This document shows, in pieces, positions 52,561 through 57,153 of a stretch of DNA of 57,153 nt. The stretch spans positions 169,658,765-169,715,917 of the forward strand of contig NC_068981.1 in NCBI RefSeq assembly GCF_001194135.2, written 5' to 3'. Under the pieces are notes generated by a model. It ran no database searches and had not been told where the DNA came from. It saw only the letters and a list, made by a program, of their open reading frames with translations. Made by a program: the position numbers and the translations under genes. Positions within the stretch are counted from its first letter, which is position 1; each line of letters opens with the position of its first letter. This DNA is from Octopus bimaculoides. Its lineage: Eukaryota.

Positions 52561-55039
52561 CACGTATGTATATATGCATGTTTGTATGTACTATGCGTGT
52601 GGTAGCGTGCGTACATGCAAATCGATGTATTATTCAGTGTGATCCATTCTTTCATATGAAGCAAACTTAAGTTGCCGACATGGCTGATATGGATTTATAA
52701 ATGGAGAGGACAATATGTAAAAGTGCAACTATCTGATTGAGTTATAACATCCATGCTATCATTTAGCAACGCAAAATGAATGGTAATATTTTTGTTAAAA
52801 TCTAATGTTATTTGATAGTCACTCATTTTTTCTTCACTAGCACATGCGAGATTGATGTCCAATACGTATTCACAAGATTCATGGATAACAATTTAATCAT
52901 TTTCAGATAAATAGAGTTAAAGTAGAATGAAACAGGCCAGAAGAAAAAAAATCAGAAAATGAACTCACAAAAAAAAACCTAAATTATACGATCAAAACTA
53001 TTATATTTATGTTTTAAAGAATGACAGCAGAGACACATTGGAAATTTTAAGTTAAATGTATATTTAATGAGGTCTTTCTCGTTCTTGTTTTCCAGTTGTT
53101 TTTCGTTATATTGATGTTATGTAAATATATTTAGTACAGCGTCAGTGAAATGCATAATCCGAATGGCAAAAGAAAAATATATAGGCGTAATATGGATTGT
53201 GAAATGCAGAATATGTCAAGGGTTATAGATATTGATGTGTTGTTAGCCATATCATTTCATTTCAAAGAAAACGCGTGAACTATTTTGTATCTTTTTAGGC
53301 TCTAGAGATATTTACAATTATAAAAGTGCGTACTCTTACATAAATACATAATACACATAGAATATGCAGTTAAACACATTCGCGTATTCAAATAATCACA
53401 TACACCCGTTCGCGCGCACATATACACACATACACTCACGCGCAAGCGCAAAAAAATACATTGTGAGTAAAATATGGCGCCTCAAAGTATTTGCTCTATC
53501 TGTTAGAAACTAGGATCCAATATCTGTTATATCACAGTTTATTGTCTCATAAAAAAGATGAGCATATACTATATAAGATATGTTTAAGACTGAGATCATT
53601 GAAAACTAATTACAAATGAATATATGGTGAGAAAAGAATAGAAGTATTCAATGATTAATATTCGTATTCACATCGTTCTGTTAAATACAATGTTGTATTT
53701 GATATATTTCCTTCTTATTCTGAACTCCTTTTCAATAAAGCTGAAAGAATCAGTGAAGAAACTTACGAAAATATAATTTTCTTGATGTAAGAAAATAGAA
53801 TGATTGAAAGGCACCAAACGAAAGAAAGTCAGTAATCAAGTTAGTGTAGGCGTATTAACCTAAAAGAGCATTAACAAGCTAACACAATGCACAAGAAAGT
53901 AAATGGCTGTGAAAGTGTCAATGAATGGGATATGGTAATGGAGTGAAGAAACAGAGGAGAAAAGGAAAAATGTAGAATTTCAAATTATATAAGTCTTGCT
54001 GTCACAGAGTGAAGTGTGATCTGATACTTGGCTGCTAATTCTCGCAATTCACTTGATCAAAGTCCTTGTTGACTCAAATAATAGCACACATTCCTAAATA
54101 TTTAAGCATTTTCAATCTATATAGATATTCATTAACTAAGTAACATTTACCAATGTATACCCGCCAGCAAAAACAAAAAACAAAAAAAAACAGAAAAAAA
54201 TGAATCGAAACTACATCTTTTGAAAATGATTTGTCATTGGTATAAAATTATACCAACTGTAAATATGTGGGAATCGGGGCAGTATATCTACGTTTACCGT
54301 TGAAAGAATTTCAAGTAAGCACCATGGTAGTTCAGGGATTTACAAAGAGATAACTCTGATGCTAACTTATGATTAAGCATACAAAGTATTTAACACTGTA
54401 CCAGATGTAATAATTTCTCCTCTATTACGCCAGGTAGACTCTCCTAATTATCACTTTCACATACTTTCATGTCAGTTCCATATTGCTTATGAGGCTTTCC
54501 AATAAACTGGAACATCACAGCATAATGTCTTCTAAAGCATTGAAAACACATCTCGAGGCATTTCTGCATCTCTGCACGATGCATACAGTTGGTTAAAGTT
54601 AAGTAGAATTGCCCTGTGAACACGATGTATTCATGCAATAACTAAACTGAGCCAAAATGTCTTAAGAAAGAAAAATACGTCGATGACGCCATCAGTTGAA
54701 GTACTCACTGCGTTCCACCATAAGCGCAAAAGGCTTACGATTCCTAAATATAAATAACAACTAGTCAAGCAACTACCGTATATCTATCGCTGTGTAAACG
54801 AAACATATTTGGTTTTGAGTTAACAGGCTTACGTTATGGACTATACACAGAAGTGAATTCAAACTAATCACAGAAATCTAATTACAATGACTCTAATGCA
54901 TTCTCCGCAACATAAACAGAAAACAGACGCACAATGTTAACCCAGTTAGCGTTACTGATATCAAACCTACCAAAAATATCTTCACTCTTGTTAGTGCTTC
55001 AGTCCTAAACAAAATGTTATACAACTTTAACTTAGAGAT

Positions 55040-55300
55040 GTTTTACTTGTTTCAGTCAGTGAACTACGATCGCTCTGGGGCGCCTCTTAAAGGTAGTAGT
55101 TGAATACGTCGACGCAAAAACTTAGTTTTTAATGTCTGGTACTTATTCTATCGTTCCTTTTTCTGTCGTTTTGGTTCAATCTCTAAGTTATAAGATGTAA
55201 GCATACACACACATGCATATATACAACAGGCTTCTATTCAGTTTCCATCTACCAAATTTACCCACAAGGCATTGATGGTTCCGATATCATAGAAGACGAT
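55040..55300 (-). mobile_element. SINE family B-related, diverged
   Basis: TTTTACTTGTTTCAGTCA...GGTACTTATTCTATCG...CAGTTTCCATCTACCAAATT...CACAAGGCATTG. Confidence 0.55.
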
Positions 55301-55794
55301 GTGCAGTGGAACTAAACTCATAACCACTTGGTTAAAAGCCTGAATGCCACACCATATTGACAGGGCATATATTTCATACTTGGGTTTCGCATTACTACTT
55401 CCTTGACTCTTTTCTAGCACAATCATGTATAAACATGACCCATCGGTATTTGAGATAGGAATAGACTAGTAAAAGAATATAAACCTCTTTGTTACTGTTA
55501 TTCCAGTAGGTGAAGATAAGCAAAAATTGAGAAAAATTTATAACAGTCCAAAATTGCTGTATGGTCGATATTCATCTAACAACCACCTTAATTGAAGATC
55601 TCTTACGACTTGCATTTTAAAGACTAAAAGTATTTAGAACATTCAAATATTGTTTGGGGAGTGAATTCTTTTAATACATGCATATATGCAGCGAATTTCT
55701 CTCTCTCTTTCTCTCTCACTCTTTATCTCTCTTTATCTCTCTCTTTCTCTTTCCCTTTCTTTCTCTTTCTCTCTCTATCTTCCTAGCTACCTAC

Positions 55795-56031
55795 CTACCT
55801 ACCTACCTACCTACCTACCTACCTACTTACCTACCTACCTACCTACCTACCTACCTACCTACCTACCTAACTACCTACCTATCTACCTACCTACCTACCT
55901 ACCTACCTGCCTAACTACCTACCTACCTAACTACCTACCTATCTACCTACCTACCTACCTACCTACCTACCTACCTACCTACCTAACTACCTACCTACCT
56001 ACTTACCTATTTATCTATGTATCTATCTATG

Positions 56032-56105
<74 letters not shown>
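55795..56105. repeat. (CTAC)n grading into (CTAT)n
   Basis: Read directly. Confidence 0.98.
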
Positions 56106-56109
<4 letters not shown>

Positions 56110-56261
56110 CCATTGATTTACATATTCACTCTGTTACCACCCGCGCGTGTTCATACTCGTAGACGTACTCATAGGCATATGGCCTCTAGCACTTATCTTC
56201 CACAAACGTCAATAGAGATTGTGCTATCTCCAAAATTTATTCTATCAACAAACATCTGAGC

Positions 56262-56845
56262 AGTCAATGATGTATGTATGCATCTCTATCTAGCTCGTCC
56301 CACAGGACGCCCCAAGACTTTTTCCACACGTTTTCTACATTTATCTCGATCTTCTATGATGTTCTTCACATCCTGTACACCTTACATACCTGTATCCTCC
56401 AGCAAGTTGTCGATATGGGTCGTTTTCCTTCTTCCTCTCCTGGTTCTTCCTTCCGTTAGTTGCCAGAGCACTAGCTGCTTGCTAGTAATTTCAACGGTGT
56501 GTCAGATACAGTGTCCAGCTAACCTCATTCTTCGATTCTGTAGCTTCTATGTTACTTTTGGTAGTTCCTGGTATGAGTCGGCGTTTGTTGCATGACTCTT
56601 CCAGGAGACTTTGTGTGCCATTCTATGCATCCTCGTATTACAACCGTCCAACTACTTCTTCGATGCTTTAGTGAGCGTCTATGTTTCAGACCCGTATAGA
56701 TGAAAAGAATTCTTTGTTGCCAGAAACAACCTCACTTTCAATTTCCTTGCTAACTTTGAACTCAATACCTTTCTCAATTTGTATCCACGGACGAAGGCAT
56801 TTGAAATTTTCAACTATCTTCAGCGACTTACCGTCTCTCACTTTC
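56262..56845 (-). mobile_element. RTE-clade LINE, 3' segment with (CATA)n tail
   Basis: Minus strand: RDGKSLKIVENFKCL, RKLKVRLFLAT...LYGSET*TLTK...LDGC-TRM, RRMRLAGHC, VLWQ...GRTRRGRRKTTHIDNLLEDTG. These match the RTE RT C-terminal region. Confidence 0.88.
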
Positions 56846-56847
56846 TA

Positions 56848-57120
56848 GACTTTATAAAGGCTTTTGATTCAGAACATAGAGGAATGATGATGAAGATGCT
56901 TAACGCATATGATATTCCACCTAGAATTCTGAGAGGAATAAGTAAGCTGTATTAGAACACCAGGGTGAAAGTGATCACTCCTGATGGAGAGACGGATTAC
57001 TTTGTAGTCAAAGCCGAAGTATTACAAGGCGACACGCTATCACCTTATCTATTCGCCATCGTTCTGGAGTATGCAATGCGTAGAATGTACGCAGGCAAGG
57101 AAGAACTGGGATTCAAGCTG
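56848..57120 (+). pseudogene. RTE-clade reverse transcriptase fragment (inverted relative to the 3' segment)
   Basis: DFIKAFDSEHRGMMMKMLNAYDIPPRILRGISKLY*NTRVKVITPDGETDYFVVKAEVLQGDTLSPYLFAIVLEYAMR, i.e. the DFxKAFD and (G)VLQGDTLSP RT motifs. Confidence 0.92.
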
Positions 57121-57153
57121 TATGTATGTATGTATATATATATATATATATAT

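Noticed and set aside
53380-53481. CpG-rich patch with a YY1-like AATATGGCGCC
   Set aside because: A single imperfect motif within CA/CG low-complexity sequence.

Overview
AT-rich, microsatellite-saturated eukaryotic DNA with 13 N gaps, almost all flanked by simple repeats. The repeat families resemble those I recall from Octopus/coleoid cephalopod assemblies; this is an inference and no search was run. No intact protein-coding gene can be recognised, and the long ORFs in the track are microsatellite or N artefacts. What can be supported: a decayed Tc1 transposase (11.6-12.7 kb), two deleted mariners (15.65-16.5 kb, 46.6-47.5 kb), two different Penelope-like (PLE) remnants with GIY-YIG motifs (21.0-21.5 kb, 35.9-36.8 kb), a 5'-inverted RTE LINE (56.3-57.1 kb), and about 15 copies of at least three tRNA-type SINE families. 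The most interesting signal is a set of minimal type I hammerhead-ribozyme folds of the PLE kind in short non-coding repeats. One lies in a tRNA-headed element (452-497), one has a U in place of core A6 (39041-39077), and a degenerate copy sits at both outer ends of a ~640-bp-arm palindrome that abuts a truncated PLE ORF. A low-confidence spliced model for a small secreted 6-Cys peptide and a twin-CCAAT promoter candidate are offered as hypotheses only. Most SINE and TE boundaries are approximate (plus or minus 10-20 bp).
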